Below are positions 55,099 through 55,280 of a stretch of 55,280 nt of DNA, piece after piece (within the stretch, counting starts at the first letter, position 1; each line of letters opens with the position of its first letter). The translations under genes and the position numbers were made by a program. The notes below the pieces were generated by a model, which had not been told where the DNA came from, did not search any database, and worked only from the letters and a program-made list of their open reading frames with translations. The stretch comes from a virus (taxonomy: Duplodnaviria; Caudoviricetes), in the IMG/VR virus record IMGVR_UViG_3300033273_000069, positions 1 to 55,280 of that record. One strand, written 5' to 3'.

Positions 55099-55129
55099 AT
55101 GTTACGCATTTGCGTAACGCACGTCGTCC
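55099..55129 (-). promoter_or_regulatory. GGACGAC-type promoter of the packaging operon with an overlapping palindrome
   Basis: GGACGAC-N18-TAACAT; GTTACGCA-tt-TGCGTAAC at 55101-55118. Confidence 0.6.
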
Positions 55130-55256
55130 TGCGTGGGCGCGACCAAAGATAAATCTTTGAGGAACATCAATGGGTGCCAGCTTCGATTGGAGGATGGCCC
55201 GTGCCCTGACGACAGGGCGCGGATGATCGCATGTGTAACGCAAAAGGAGAAATCAC

Positions 55257-55280
55257 ATGACAAAAGCAACTACAAACACA
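55257..55280 (+). CDS. 5' end of the first early gene (continues at position 1)
   Basis: AAGGAG RBS, ATG, 8 codons in frame with 1-429. Confidence 0.65.

Larger units (their letters stand above)
1..55280. mobile_element. Temperate podovirus-like bacteriophage genome, probably complete and circularly permuted
   Basis: Terminase, portal, scaffold, capsid, short-tail and ejection genes, integrase + attP, lysis and replication modules; no host housekeeping genes; a reading frame continues across the end/start junction. Confidence 0.93.

Overview
The window looks like a complete, circularly permuted 55.3-kb temperate podovirus-type phage genome, probably infecting a marine alphaproteobacterium (Roseobacter/Rhodobacteraceae-like; this is inferred, not proven). 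The last 24 nt (RBS + ATG, MTKATTNT) continue in frame into position 1. Layout: (i) + strand early region with small genes, a CobS/MoxR-like AAA+ ATPase, a CobT-like vWA/HExxH protein and a SleB-like hydrolase (1-7051); (ii) integration module with an attP carrying the 5' half of tRNA-Ser(GCT) plus its own sigma70-like promoter, a tyrosine integrase and a LuxR-type HTH protein (7316-9742); (iii) lysis cassette, resolvase and an HTH/Zn-finger regulator (9973-13294); (iv) a structured non-coding interval, PrimPol-helicase, Cro-like gene and a divergent recombination/replication operon (13330-19799); (v) a - strand virion module with a ~3145-aa polyvalent internal protein, ejection proteins, GNAT, tail, SU10-type capsid, scaffold, five tiny basic proteins, 2OG-Fe(II) oxygenase, fibres, portal and terminase (19812-54842). 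The most notable signals are: the 5'-tRNA-half attP implying a promoter swap on integration; a GGACGAC-N18/19-(-10) late-promoter family (8 copies at gene boundaries); a TGTAT-N3-ATACA operator shared by three promoters with no CI-type repressor in sight; a covarying hairpin motif found twice in early leaders; a cluster of protamine-like microproteins; and apparent avoidance of GANTC and CCGG. All protein calls rest on motif recognition by eye, with no database searches.
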